The notes under the pieces were generated by a model. The model made no database searches and had not been told where the DNA came from. It saw only the letters and a program-made list of their open reading frames with translations. 64,000 bases of DNA from the human T2T-CHM13v2.0 reference genome, Homo sapiens: assembly GCF_009914755.1 (NCBI RefSeq), contig NC_060932.1; one strand, written 5' to 3'. This document shows, one piece after another, positions 12,801-27,867 of the stretch. The translations under genes were made by a program, and so were the position numbers. Numbering within the stretch: position 1 is the first letter of the stretch; every line of letters starts with the position of its first letter.

Positions 12801-13645
12801 TATAGGACATCCTGTGATTCAGGTCTTCTGATTCCGGCTGGATCTGCAGCAGATCTTGATCTGGATCCAGGTCCTTCTACAAGCTGAGGGTTGTGAAAGA
12901 CTTCCAGCAAAGCATCAGAAGTTAGGCAAAAGGAAGGACCAGATTCTTTCACGGCACTGAGAGGGAAGCAACTCTACTGACAACTTGATTTTAAACTTCT
13001 AGCCTCTAGAATTGTGAGACAATAAATTTCCACTGTTTAAGCCCCTCAGTTTGCAGTACTTTGCTATGGCACCTTTAGCAAACTAACACAGTTGGTGAAT
13101 TGACCATTTAGTTATTAATAATATCTTTCTTGATCCATAGTAGGTTCCTTGTTCTGAAGTCTACTTTATCTGATATCGACATGTCTACTCCAGTTTTTTT
13201 TTTTTACTTTAAAATTGACATTTAGATGGTATACTTTTTCCCATCCTTTTACTTGTAATTTATCTGCACTATTATATTTAAAGGGGACATTGTGTAGACA
13301 GAAAATAGTTGTCTTTTTTCTCACTAATTTAATTTGGCAATCTCTGCCCTTTAATTGATGTTTTGGCTACTTGATACACATTTAATGCAATTATTGATAT
13401 GGCTGAATTTAAGCATATCACTTAATTTTTAAATTTTATATCTGTCCACTTTGGTTTTTGTCCTTCAGTTTTTTTTTCCTTTATTTCCCTCTTTTGGCTT
13501 AGCTGAATGTGTTTTAGCATTTAATCTTAATATCCATTGCCTCTTGCACCATATTTCTCACACTCACTCCCCTTTTTAGTGTTATTTTAGGGATTACAAC
13601 ATGCATACCTCTCATTGCATAGTCTATTTAGAATTACTATTTCAA
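9865..13645 (-). mobile_element. Ancient L1M (L1MC/ME-like) ORF2 region, interrupted by an orphan insert and an MLT1C
   Basis: Colinear antisense L1 motifs: gtgagtcctccaa, gggattttctacatagacgatt, agaatgagttggaatgtattccctcc, ggtcagagagtat, tctgctgttgttggatagagtgttctata, ttctgaagtctactttatctgatat. Confidence 0.88.
12444..13090 (+). mobile_element. MLT1C MaLR solo LTR carrying a ~190-bp foreign insert
   Basis: TGTTATGGGTTGAATTG...AATAAATTTC...AAACTAACACA; 5-bp TSD CTTGG/GTTGG. Confidence 0.88.
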
Positions 13646-14544
13646 GTTGGTATTTTTTATCTTCCCTTTTAGATTATATTATTATTGTTATTATATCTAT
13701 ACAAGTAAAAGGAGACTAAAAACGATTAGGCGTTTATTTCATATCAGAGGCAACCTCTCAACCAGATGTGATCAGCTGCTATTGTGGTTCTTGCATCAGC
13801 CTCTGGCATTGCCTTTGTTCTGCCCATTGCCAAGCCATTACCATTACCACTACTCAGGATTATTTCATTACCAAGTGGCAACGTTGCCTTCAGAAAAGTC
13901 ACGTGCATTGTTAGAGAAGTCATGAACAAATGAAGTTTCTAGGTCAAAACAGGGCCTCAGAAGTCTCATCCCTTTTTGAGAGTGGCCTACAATGAATTTA
14001 CCTTGGATTCAGGATGTCAACCATTTTGCCTGGTACCCCTATCAAAGTTGTATCCCCAATATGGTAATGCAACCTAAGCCAGGAGTATAGAAGAGAGTGC
14101 CTTATTCATAGGCCAGAACATCAGGTATCAAGCGAGTAACAAGGGGCTCAACTCTTGTTCATAGGAGACAATTTGTGCTGGGGATCAGTTAATGAGACTC
14201 TTGAGTGTCTGTCATACTTACAGACACCTTCCTAGCCCAGATCTCCTTGGGAATCACTTGAGGATATGCCTTGTGTTCTGTGACTCTTGTCCTGGCCACC
14301 TCTTACTAAACTATGAATCTGAATGCACATACAAGCTTTACATAAAAGGGACACTAGCATTCCATGCAGTGGCCTCCTGTAGGAACTCTGTTTAGCAGAG
14401 ATGCCCCAGTCAGACTTTATCTTGGAAAGATTTGAATACAAGACACCAAACAGATGGCAGAAAAAACAAACAAACAAAAAAAACAAAACAGGAGCAATAG
14501 AAAATCAGAGAAAAAGACAGAATCAGAGTGGGAAACCGGGCACA

Positions 14545-14720
14545 GACCGCAAACTTAGGAATCAGTCATCATTTTTAATCCTCACTCCTAGCAGGACAAC
14601 CATGGGCAAAGTTACTTAATAACCCTGAGCATCTGTTTTCTCATGTAGAAAACTTGGATGATGAATAATACTGAATATAGGGTTGTTGTGAGGCTTAAAT
14701 GAGGATGTATTTGTAATGTG
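14545..14720 (+). mobile_element. MIR SINE
   Basis: accatgggcaaagttacttaataaccctgagcatctgttttctcatgtagaaa core; agggttgttgtgaggcttaaatgag. Confidence 0.7.
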
Positions 14721-14849
14721 ATCAAAATCACAGAAGAATATCTAAGGAGCCATTGCTTTCATCCTTTCCCAGTGCATTGTACACATAACTCAGTGTCATG
14801 GCACCTTCCCAGTACTATTTCTCACCCATCTCCTCCACCTGTATGATCA

Positions 14850-15090
14850 TCTCTCTGGCTTTAAGGCCACACTTGAATGGTGCCTCTCCCTGTGATTCCT
14901 GAGCATTCCTAGCCCCAACACCAAATTTATGTTCCCAGAATACTTTTCACGTGTTGCTCGTCTATTAAATCTTTCTCCTGATTTTCATACTGTGAGTTCC
15001 TCAAGGGCAGAGATGGGGTTCTTTTCATCTTTGTATCTCTGCAAAAGTGCCAGGCAGCAGAAAGAAAACTCAATGCTTTCTGTATTATTG
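14850..15090 (+). mobile_element. L2 3' end fragment
   Basis: ctgtgagttcctcaagggcagagat...tcatctttgtatctc...gtgccaggc. Confidence 0.6.
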
Positions 15091-16578
15091 ATAACATATA
15101 TTAAATATTACAAGAAATTATTATCTTACCAAGGGCACAATGAGTATTTCTGCTAATGCACATAAAGCAGGCATGGTTTTCAAACATGGAGAATGGTTTC
15201 TTTCATCTATTCTATTCTACTCCCTTAACCCTACCTGGATCTTTTTTCTTTTTTAATGCCATATTTGACCTTGAAATTTGTACAATTTTATGTATGTTTT
15301 ATATATGTTGTAAGAAATCACTGAACTATGTTTGCTTTTGGGTTCTTATTCCCTCATTAAGTGGTTCAATTATTGTCTATTTTGAGTTCTGATTTATAAC
15401 TGTTTCCATAGATACCTGATCATAATAGCTAATTATCTGAACATGTTTTCTAACGTCCTCTGAATAACATTTCAGTAATAATAAACATCCATCTTTCATT
15501 CAATTAGTCCATTTTCCATATTTCTCTCTGGAAGCATTCATAAATGCCACAGGATGCCTTGCTTCAATACGTAAAACCCAATAGGACTCAGGTAAACTTA
15601 TTGTCTCTATGTAGTGGCTGTTTATGCTCACTGCTCCATCTGGAAGTCATCTTTCTCTGTTTAATGAACTCCCAGAGCAAAAGGCTCAACAACAATGCAC
15701 ACTTGAAAACCAGTTTTTGCTGTAAAAAGTGCTTTTGCGTATGCTAATTCACTGAAACTTCACCAAAAGCCCAGGGCTATTAGTACAACCATTGTCTTCG
15801 TTTCTCAGACAGGGGCATTGATGCTCATTCTTAGAAGCATAGTGCACTACCTTGAAATCCCTGGTGCCTGGTGCATTGTGGGTATTCAACAAATACTGAG
15901 CTGAACTGAGTGACTCACTCAAGGTTATGCAGGTAAAGAGCTTTGTAAATGGCAGAGATGGTTTACTAACTATCTTCATCCTGATCTATCACACTTTTGG
16001 TATCATTTCATCTCTCTCCAGTTGTACTGAATTAAGAGCAGTTACACCTTCTACACTGCATTATTATTTGCACACATGTTGTATGTGAGTTGCAAGAGTC
16101 AGATTGGTGCCTTTTCTAGTACATTCATTCATAGCACATTCATGAATACTCTCTAACAGGTATTGTAGGTACGAAACTGGACAGATACAATCTCTGCCCT
16201 CAAGGAATCAATTCACTCTTGTGTTCCCCACAATGTTGCAGGCAGTAATTTGTTAATGATAGCAGCTCAGTAACTGTTTCTTAAAGCAAAAGGATTTGTA
16301 GAATGTGTACCCCAAAGTGGCATTAGGTAAAAATCCATTATCTCCTGCATTTTGTCAAATATATTCTGATGACAATTAATAACCTCACTTTTCCTATTTT
16401 TTTTGAGATTGCCTTCATGTCCTCCATTATGATCACGGAAGTTCCCTCTAGTTTTGCAAACACTAAACATACACTCCAGAGACAATTGTTCAGAATTGAA
16501 CTGAACATTTATAAAAGAAGAAATATTGACAAAAGCTCTCCTTACCATGCATTCTCAGGTTGAATTCTGACACTGTGA

Positions 16579-16912
<334 letters not shown>

Positions 16913-17170
16913 TTTAATTTTTTATGTTTATAAATGTATGGAATATAAGTGCCATTTTGTCACATGCATAGTGGATAAATTAGGGCTTTTAGGGTATCCA
17001 TCACCTGAAAAATGCACATTGCACTATTAAGTAATTTTTCATCATCCACCTTCCTCACACCCTCTCACCTTTCTGAGTCTTCATTCTCCATCATGCCACT
17101 GTATATGTCAATATGTACACCTTATGGGTGAGGGCACGTGACGTTTGTCTTTTTTGTCTGGCTTGTTTCA
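16913..17170 (-). mobile_element. L1PB/L1MA 3' end
   Basis: agggcttttagggtatccatcacc...attaagtaattt; TSD AGACAATATCCATT at 16590 and 17170 encloses L1 plus Alu. Confidence 0.82.
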
Positions 17171-17300
17171 GACAATATCCATTTTATAGGTGAGGAAACG
17201 AAAGACAAGAGAGGTTAAATAACCCGATCAAGTTTACACAGTAATTGGCAGGGCCAGACAATGAACTTCTTTGTTGATCCCAAAGCCTTTGCTCTTAAAC
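17171..17300 (-). mobile_element. MIR SINE (host of the L1/Alu insertion)
   Basis: ccattttataggtgaggaaacgaaagacaagagaggttaaataac. Confidence 0.7.
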
Positions 17301-19299
17301 CGCAGCCTGGATGTACCAGCTCTGTGTGCTCTGTGTCTCTTGTTCTTACAAAACCATTTCTTATTGTCTTGGAGATGTAAGCAAAATACACAAAGAGACA
17401 TCCTTGCAAGGGGCAGGGGATTCCCTTCTCTGGGAACCACCTAGTCTGGAGATCACAGAGGTGATGAATGCCTTGAAACCTGGAGGATCCTAAAGGCATG
17501 CTGCTTCATGTCTCTTTTTCTTTCCATTGAAATTTCTGTTGCCAATGTTGTAACAAGCTGCCTTCATGGGGAGGTGAACTGCAGACCCAAGAGAAAAAGG
17601 TGTCTAGGCCTAAAGATGCCTTGAACGATACTCGCAAAGTTAAGAGAAGCAAGCATGGGGTCAACAGAGATTGCTCAGAGATCATGGATGTCAAATCTTC
17701 GTTTTTATAAAGTTTCTAAACCTAGTTGTTTTTTCTCAGTTGGCAGCTGGTATTTTTTTTTTTTTAAACATTCGCACCAAGCTCTAACCACTTTAATGTA
17801 TGATAAAAGGAAGAACTGATAAAAAGAAGAACAGGAGTCTTCTTTTCTGGAAGGGCCACCTGACACTCCCTATGGTTTTGGGCTGGGTAAAGAGCACCTC
17901 CCCTGGGCTCCTATGATTCCCTGATTCCCCGCACATCTCTCTCTCTCAGTGCATTTGCAGTCTTACATTATTATTATGCAGTTGTGATTCTCTCCCCTTC
18001 TCCTCACCCCTACCCTATTGTGAGCACATAGTATTAGAGACATTTATTCAATTTACAAGCTGGTGTATGCATCAGATCTGGCTTACAGTCACTGCCAAAC
18101 AAATGAGTGCCAAGTGAATAGATGCACTCACATGCCACCGAGGAGAGAAGAAAGTGATGAGTAACACCCTTTAGTGTGGCAAGTGTCCAAGTGCACAGAA
18201 TACAAATGTGGGAAAAATAACAAGAAAAGCATGATGAGGACTAAACTTCAAAGAATAAGTCAGAAATCATAATTTTAAAGCTGTGGAGGGTTTCCTCAAT
18301 GTAGATATGTATGGGAGAGAGGAGGTCATGAGAAGACCTCTCTCTCTGATCAAAGGCAGAAGGCAAGAAATTTCTAAGAGAAAAGTAATCAATTGACTTA
18401 AAAAGTCATCAGTCCTCTGTTCTGGGTCGATTAGTGACAGTGGAGCTGGTGCCGCTGGTGGCTGAGCCCGAGGTCCATTTGTTGCGCCCAAGAGCACAGG
18501 CAACAAGTTCATCATCTGTCTGTCTACTCATTCTGCGCCGTTTTCTGAAAATCTCAGTTTCCTTCTTCCACAGTCATGATCACTTGTGATCTTACACCCT
18601 CCAGGTGGGGGGTAAATGGACAAGTCTGGATGTGTGTGCTCAAGGCTCAACAAATATTCCTTTGATCAGTTCAAAGAAGAGTGGCCGAGAGACTCTGGTT
18701 GACTCTACCTGCAGAGGTGAGAGAAGGCTGGCTGCACAGAGGACAGGATGCCTGAGAAGGGTCTCAGAAGAGGCACTTCCTTCTTTTTTTTTTTTTTAAA
18801 GGGATCTATAGTCAAACAAGTAAGCCTATGAATTTATTTTTAGGGATAGTGGGGGTAGTAAATATTAAATGGAAGCAGTGTGCATCTAACCTCACGGTCT
18901 GGGCAGGAAAGAGTCTCCAGGAATGTGAAGATTGCTGTAATAGTAACTCATATTAACCAGGACAACCACAGACAACAATTGAATTTCTGGCACCTGTTGG
19001 AAAAATATGAGGGTAACAGGAAAATAAAACTCACAAAAGTTGTGGGGACCTGTAATCCCCTGTTTAGCTGGAGGTGTCGAATACAGATCCTTGTCCTGCT
19101 CTTCCTCCTCTTGCTTTTTTTTTGCTGGGAGAAAGGAGTGAGATGGTTACTGAATTCTGGCCAGCTGTATGCATGAATATTAATGGTTGTTTTATATATA
19201 TATTATGTATTTTATATATTTTACTTATTTAAATATATAGTATTATATACATATATATACATACACACAGATATAAAATTACTATTATTATTAACAGAG

Positions 19300-19700
19300 G
19301 CAGTATTGTCCATATCTTAGGGAAAGGTTTTTGGTCCTAGAGTCAAACATAACTTTTGTTAAAATATTTTCGGTCTTTACAGTTTCACTTGAACTTTTCA
19401 GTCTTCAGTTTTCTCACTTCAAGATGAAGGATAATATAATACCTACCCCTGAGTTATTAGGAAAGATATTTAGACAATAGATGTAAAGCACTTAGACTTA
19501 ACATAGAATTATATTAAGAAATTCTTATTAGTATTATTAACAATACAAGTATCAGTAGCTAACATTTTGTTTATACTATACGTACCAGGAGGAGGGCTTA
19601 TTTCTAATAATCACACAGCTACAACATAAACATTTTTAGATCCTTTTATGAATGGAGAAATTGAGAGTTGAAGGATTGGGTAATGTGAACAAGAGGAGTT
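19300..19700. mobile_element. Two MIR fragments in opposite orientation
   Basis: tcacttgaacttttcagtcttcagttttctcac (+) and ttttatgaatggagaaattgagagttg (-). Confidence 0.55.
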
Positions 19701-21099
19701 GGAAGCAGTATGTCCATCTCAGCTAGAAGACAGTTGGCCACACTGCAAACACCTTCCAGGGCAGAATCCATCAGATGCCCCATGAGTGGTATGCAACGTA
19801 ACCCTCCCTGCTCCTTTCAAAATACATCTCAAAACTCTCAAAATACATGTGCCCTAGCATTATGGAAAAAATCTCAGTAGCTGAGTACTGTCTTATATAT
19901 CTGTCCCCAAGACCAGGCTGTCTCTCTGCTCAGACATCAGAGAGCCCTCTTGTTGGTGGGCTGCCTTTCCAGGACTCCCCTTGCTTTGCCTATACCTGTG
20001 TGAGTAGTAAATATCAGAAGTACTTGTGCTCACTTGAGTGGAGTATTCTGAAATAAAGGGGAGGGCTCAGTCTAGCTATATCAAGTAACTTGCCAAACAG
20101 CAACCCTACCATGTGTGCTAAGGATGGCACCAATAACCACGTCCTGCTATCACACCCTTGAGTGAGGCTGCATTTTTTTTTTATTAAAGTAATGTACCTC
20201 TCACATAAAACGATGCAAATAAATCTGAGCGGGATTGGGGACGGTTTCCTGAGCCATGCCAGCCCTGCACCTCCTTTTGGCTGCTGCTTGGACCCCTGAG
20301 GAGCCCTGGAGCCCCGGCGCCCCATGGCCCTGGAAACACAGTTTGGAAACCATCACACTGGCTTCTTCATTTTCCTCTGACATTCTGTGTGGCCTTGTAG
20401 ATTTAAATGGAAAATAAGCACTGTTCAAAATCCAAAACTTATTTAAATTCAGCTATGCATGGCCTGAATTATTTGCAATAAACTGCTTTTTTTTCCTGAA
20501 AATTTTATTGTTTAGTTGATTGCATTTGAAAAAATATAAAATAGCACAAGGAAGTCACATGTTAAAAAAACCTAATGTACATACACCAAAAATTGGCCAG
20601 AGAAGAAACACAATGCATAAAAAGTTCCTCACAATTGGAATTTGCAAATGTTAACACAATCATCTAGTTCTCCATGTTGAGGTATTCACTGAAGGTGCCA
20701 CTGCATCCATTAATGGAGGGTTAGAAATGCAGGTGGCATCCTAGAAAGGTCTCAGGCTTTAGAATAAGTTGTTACTTTGATTCTTTGCTCTGACGCCAAT
20801 TAGCTGTGTGATTTGCAGAAGGTTACATTTGTTTGTTGTTTTACATGACCAAGGCTCAGTTTTCTCATATGCAAATTAAGAATGCAATTTAGCATAGAGT
20901 ATACAATATATCCATTTAACATCCTTCCTTTTACAACCCTCTTGCCATCTCCATTTGGTCCTTATTGGACTGTCAAACATGGCACTGTTTCCCTACCATC
21001 TTTAAACACCATCCTTGCCACTACTATAGGTTGGGCATTTTACTTCATCACTTTGATCATGAGAAAGTGTTAAGGGAAAGTCACTTGCTTTTAAGCAGG

Positions 21100-21445
21100 G
21101 CCAATGAGTACCCTTCCTGAGATTGTTCTATGGTCACTGGGAAAGAGAAATTTCTTTAATTTTGGATCATGAATTACAAAAATCTTGGGACTCCAGGCAT
21201 GATGTTTCGTTTTCTGGAAGTAGCTTGCCTAATGAAAAAATCAACCCAAAAGGATGTAGAGCAGGCAGATTGAAAGGAAAAGCCAAGGCAAAAGCTAGAG
21301 TCAAAACCTCGTTTGAGCTTCTGAATGCAGCCATGCCTGGTTCTGGTCCCAACCTTGAACTTCCCAGATAGGGGAACCAAAATTGTCTCTTTCCTGAGTT
21401 ACAGTTGGGATTCTGTCATTTGCAGCGCCTAAAGTCTTTATAAAA
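21100..21445 (+). mobile_element. MLT1K/L-like old MaLR LTR 3' part
   Basis: gtttgagcttctgaatgcagccatgcctg...gttgggattctgtcatttgca. Confidence 0.6.
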
Positions 21446-21884
21446 ACACCTAACCTTCAGGGTTGTTTTAAAAATTAGAGGTATACCATAAGAACTCAAG
21501 GCAGATAGTAATCATTCAAAAAATGATAACTCCGTTTATTATTTCTTTAGATAAATACAAAGGTACCTTGGCCAATTTACCTTAGACTATCCTTGATGTT
21601 TTTTCTTCTCTATTTGTTGACAATATTAATCCCAAGGCCTAGAAAAATGAAACTATTTTAGCCGATTACTCATATATTGAGATTATTTTTAATTTTTACA
21701 TTTAAATAAATTTGATAGAACCTGTAAATAGTGTGCTATTCAAATTGCTACTTATATGTCATTATACTAATGAAAATCATTTTTATCAAATGAAAGCAGG
21801 AAGGTTGTGAAATTAGTAATAGCTTTAATTTGTAATGCTTCTATTTGTAATACTTTTAAATCTCTTGAATAAGGAAAGAAATTA

Positions 21885-22120
21885 TATTTATTAAGTGCAT
21901 ATTATGTCTCAGGAAATTTACTAAGTATTTATAAATGTTTGATTTCATTTGAATCTAATGTCAAATATCTAAAGTAGAGCTTTTTGTTGTTACTACACAG
22001 GTGAGGGAACTGAGGTTGACAAATTTTAAATACCTAAGTTAACAGAAATAAGGAGAGATGGAGTTGATACTTAAAGTTAATTCTGTCTACCATCAAACCC
22101 TTTTTTCTTTCTAGTGTGCC
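21885..22120 (-). mobile_element. MIR SINE
   Basis: tttattaagtgcatattatgtctcagg...acaggtgagggaactgagg. Confidence 0.65.
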
Positions 22121-22181
22121 ATACTCTTCATCTAAATAATAAAAAAGAAAACATTTACTGGGAAATTAAGAAACAATAATC

Positions 22182-22468
22182 TTTTTTTAAATTCTACTTT
22201 AAGTTTTAGGGTACATGTGCACAATGTGCAGGTTAGTTACATATGTATACATGTGCCATGTTGGTGTGCTGCACCCATTAACTCGTCATTTAACATTAGG
22301 TGTATCTCCTAATGCTATCCCTCCCCCCTCCCACCACCCCACAACAGGCCCCAGTGTGTCATGTTCCCCTTCCTGTGTCCATGTGTTCTCATTGTTCAAT
22401 TCCCACCTATGAGTGAGAACATGCGGTGTTTGGTTTTTTGTCCTTGCGATAGTTTGCTGAGAATGATG
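22182..22468 (-). mobile_element. L1PA (PA3-5-like) 3' end, 5'-truncated
   Basis: ttttagggtacatgtgcacaatgtgcaggttagttacatatg...; TSD AAGAAACAATAAT at 22168 and 22469. Confidence 0.95.
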
Positions 22469-22743
22469 AAGAAACAATAATTTTTTGCTTCTTAAATTCA
22501 CAAAAGCCAGCGTCTATGTGAATGTCCAAGACAAATTTACTGTGGGATGCTTGCATTTAGCTGAGCTTCTTCCCTCCTTGAAGTGTCTGAACCAGCTGTT
22601 TTCTCAGTCTAAAATGCTTTTCCTACAGGCCTTCTCAGAAAGCAGGACTGACTCCTGCTTACATTCTTAGCCAAAATGCTCCCTGCTCAGAGAGGCCTTT
22701 CCTAAGCATGCTCTTAAAATTATCGCCCACCACCCTCTGTTTC

Positions 22744-23468
<725 letters not shown>

Positions 23469-24213
23469 ATCTCTTTATCATTTTTTTTCATATAACTTAA
23501 CACTAACTGAACTTTTAAATTATTTCATATTCATCTACACTGTACTAAAATATTATCTTCATGAAAAAGAAAGTACCTTTGCTCCATTCCAAACCTCCAA
23601 TTCCTTAAACAGTTTTCGCTATGTAGGAGGAACGAAGTAAATATCTGTTGCATGTTAACCTAAGACTATAATTTGTTCACTTCTTTCTTCCCATGGCCCA
23701 AATTAATATTATCTCCAGGCTTAAAAAAAGTAATAAGAGGGGTCATGACTAAAAAGAAAAAGAAAAACCAAAGGCCCCAGCCAGCTTTGCTCCTCCTGTC
23801 TTTGTGACCTTGGCTAAATCACATCCTCTCCTTTGTACATTAAAAGGGGCAGATTAATCCCTGTCCTGTGTTCTTTCCTGGCATTTCTGAAGATTAAATG
23901 TGATAATGGTTGGAAAAGGGCTTTGGGAACTGTAAATTGATGTACAAATGTAAGAGATTAAGGGATTAGTTTCAATCCAGTAAAGATTTTCTCTTTTATG
24001 GAATAACCCTCTAAATATCAGTCCGTGTAAGCTGCCGGCATGCATCCACAACACACACCCCAACGCGTGCCTTAATGATCTTTCTTTTTTCCAATGTGGT
24101 TCTTTCAAACTTTCCCCTACACTACCGTTTCTCAACACACCAAGACCTTTATTCAATATGACATTAAGGAAATTGTATTATGTTAAAGGTTTCTCACGCC
24201 TAAGGACAAGTTA

Positions 24214-24532
<319 letters not shown>

Positions 24533-24989
24533 CTATGTATGTGTATTTTTGTTTATTTATTGGTTATTTGGCTTGTTCAGTGAAGAAAAAACCCCAAAAC
24601 AAAAATTCTAAGATAAACAATAAATGTTGCTGTTTTATTATTCTTTGTTGAGGTTGTTTATAATCACAAGGCTGATAAAATATTGTTCCCATCCTATGCT
24701 ATTTTGTCATGTTCCCCATCTGTTTTAAGTAATTATCTGATTCTTCTTAAAATTTTATTTTAACAATTTCCCCTGAAGCATCTTGCAAATTATCTCTCTT
24801 GAAAGAGTATTATTTTTCTGACCCTTTCATTTTAGAATTGCAGAATGTGAGATTTTCCACTGATGAGCTGTTTGACTTCAGACTAGTCAAATAAACTGGT
24901 CTAAAACAAACTGATGTTAGAAAATGGGAGACTTGGGCAAAGAAGAGGAATATCATGCAATGCCCAGATGTATTTTCAGGTACTCTGAA

Positions 24990-25142
24990 ATGACTCTTAA
25001 AACATCATTCACTTTGTAATTGTTCATTTGCAGGTTTATCTCCCTTTCCATGAGTGAGTTCCTTGAGGGCAGGGACTGGTTATTCATCCCAACACTCAGC
25101 TCCTGGCTACCATATAAGAACTCTTATTTATTGAATGACTGA
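24990..25142 (+). mobile_element. L2 3' end fragment
   Basis: gtgagttccttgagggcagggactgg...tttattgaatgactga. Confidence 0.65.
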
Positions 25143-26389
25143 AAAAGATATATGTACCTGTATACATACACACATATATTTTGTCCCTTTTCTCACATTT
25201 TCAGTGCACATTTTCTTCCATATTATCCATGAAAATGTACTTCTACAATAAATAATTTGATCGATATCTTTCCATATAAACACATACTCAGTATATAATT
25301 TAGAAATTATCCCTATTTACTCATTTACATATCTTTGAATTTTTTGTAAGAAAATATGCATTAGCTGCAAAAAAAAAAATAAGGACAATGCAATTTCATT
25401 CTCATAAGTTTTCAATTTAACTCCCATGGAGTAGGCATGGGCTGATTGAAAAGCAGATCCAAGAAAAAATTCATTTTGTGATTCTCTATTACTTTATATT
25501 CTATCTGCCACAGTTGGGCTGGACAAGATGGGAAGGCTGGAAGGTAGAAGATGAGGTGGGAGGAGGGAAAATATTTGAAGGCAGCAGATAGGAAATCAAC
25601 AAAATGAAAAGGTGTATTAGTTATGGGAAGAGCATCCCAGGCAGTAGTCCGCCAGGAAAATGATTTTTTCCATTGAAAACTCAGGGAGGGAAATTAAACT
25701 CCTCCCACTACAGCTGCATAGCATTTCACAGAGGTCATTGCGATGCTTTTGCATTCAAGCTGAGTCACAGTTGTTGAATTTCTGTCATTTTTATAGATTT
25801 ACAAAATAGCTATTAGGGACAAAATAATTAAAGACCTAGGTAGACTGTTTCTAAATTCTGGGGAGGTAAGGCACAATACCTTCATTTTTTAAAAGTTAAA
25901 GTTTGGGAAAATGCATCTCAAAAACTAGCACTTTATTTAATGCTAAGTTCGACTACTGTGCAACATAAATAAATGTATTAGTATTGGAATTATACAGATT
26001 CTGCCTCCATCACTCTAAGGGTACAGCCACCGTTACGGTGAGGAGAAATTGGTAAATAGTGTCAGGTCTATTTTTAGGTTATTCTTATATATGGTTCTAT
26101 GTTATGTGGAAGTTGCTTAATATGCATTTGTTCAATGTATCAGTAAATCAAAAGTTTGCTGATATATGTTAAGCAGAATATAATTCATCCTGTAGACTGG
26201 GTTCGATTTTTATTTTTAACTTTTCTTTTAAATTTTTCACTTAAAAAGCAACAGAATGGAAGTGAGCCAGTGCTGCTGACATTTATAATGCTGTTCTTTA
26301 GATTTTACAGAAGACTTGAGGAAGCCATTCTGATGGGTGTGCTGTTGGCTACTCCAGTATGCGTATAGGGGCAATTTCTGAATGTGATT

Positions 26390-26800
26390 GAGAACACTAA
26401 ACCCTAGCTTTTACTCCCTTACCAATTATGCAATGTTGGCCAAGTCTCAAGATTTCTTTACTCTTCATTTTCTTATCTGTATAATTAGTACAATCATGTC
26501 CTTACAAAGTTGCTGTGAGGATTAAATTAGGAATTATTTTTGAAAGTACTTCCACTAGTTCCAGACACATGAAAGAACTTATAAATTTAAAACTTTATGT
26601 AAATCTAAAATAGAAAATATTATATACACTGGTAAGTACTTTATATAAATTATTATGTCATCTTTATAGATAGTCTGAGAGATAGGCATTCATTTTCCCA
26701 TATATGTGAGGAAGCTAAATATTAAAAAGATTAAGTAATGTATCCAAACCTACATGGCTATTAATGAGCTTATTTAAAATTTGCATTAATTTCTTTTTGG
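26390..26800. mobile_element. MIR fragments, (+) then (-)
   Basis: ttttcttatctgtataatt...gttgctgtgaggattaaa; gtgaggaagctaaatattaaaaagattaagtaa. Confidence 0.6.
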
Positions 26801-26819
26801 ACTGCGGTATATTTAGCAG

Positions 26820-27174
26820 TGCTATGGTCTAAATGTTTGCATTTGCCTAAATTAATATGTTAAAATCTTATCCCCTAAGATGAAGCTATTCGGAGGTGGG
26901 GCTTTTGGGAGTGATTAAATCATGACAAGGATCATGCATGATGTGATTGGTGCCTTAAAAAAAGAGGGATGAGAGAGCTGCCTTGCTCCCATTACCATGT
27001 GAGGACACAGGTGCCCTCTGTCAACCAAAAAGCAGGTCTTCACCAGACAAAGAATCTGCCAACACCTTGATCTTGGACTTCCCAGCCCCCAGAGCTATGA
27101 GAAATAAATTTCTGTTATTCCTAAGCCACCCAGTCTATGGTATTTTTTTACAGTAGCCTAACCAGACTAAGATT
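26820..27174 (+). mobile_element. MLT1A0 solo LTR
   Basis: TGCTATGGTCT...ACCTTGATCTTGGACTTCCCAGCC...AATAAATTTCTGTT...GACTAAGA; TSD AGCAG/AGCAT. Confidence 0.9.
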
Positions 27175-27557
27175 AGCATTTTACTGTAAAGTTTGTCCAT
27201 AATATCCACCTTCTCCATCTTCCTTGGTAGTACATGTAATCATCACATCACCTTCAGAGGTTGTCCCTAAAGGACAAATATCTGATGTCTAAATTTCTGA
27301 TGAGCAAGCTGAGAGCGGATCAGTTTTGAAGAGAAGCATGTTTTCCCCACTACTCTGTATGGACTTATTAGAAGAGGCTTGACCTAGAGAGAGAAGAATG
27401 TTTGTGTTCCTTGAGGCCTCTCAGAGAATCTTCTCTTCTGCTTTCAGTAATGTCATGATCAAGCTTTTTAACATGACATGTTTTTGTGTTTCGGGTCAGA
27501 GAAACAAATGGGAACACAAATAGAAACGCCAATATGAAAAGCCATAGATTATGTGGA

Positions 27558-27867
27558 TTTTGTTTGTTTGTTTTTGTTTTGTTTTGAGATGGAGTCTTGC
27601 TCTGCTGCCCAGGCTGGAGTGCAGTGGCACAGTCTCGGTTCACTGCAAGCTCCACCTCCTGGGTTCACACCATTCTCCTGCCTCAGCCTCCTGAGTAGCT
27701 GGGATTACAGGTGCCCGCCACCACGCCCAGCTAATTTTTTTGTATTTTTGGTAGAGACAGGGTTTCACTGTGTTAGCCAGGATGGTCTCAATCTCCTGAC
27801 CTTGTGATCTGCCCACCTCGGCCTCCCAAAGTTCTGGGATTACCGGCGTGAGCCACCACGCCCGGCC
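27558..27867 (-). mobile_element. AluY
   Basis: ctgcaagctcc, acaccattctc, tgtgttagccaggatgg; degenerate TSD AGATTATGTG/AGATTCTGTG. Confidence 0.94.

Noticed and set aside
13877-13888. Perfect 12-bp palindrome GGCAACGTTGCC
   Set aside because: Palindromes of this length are expected by chance in 64 kb, and there is no supporting context.
18448-18462. CTCF-like GGTGCCGCTGGTGGC
   Set aside because: Spacing is one base short of the CTCF core.
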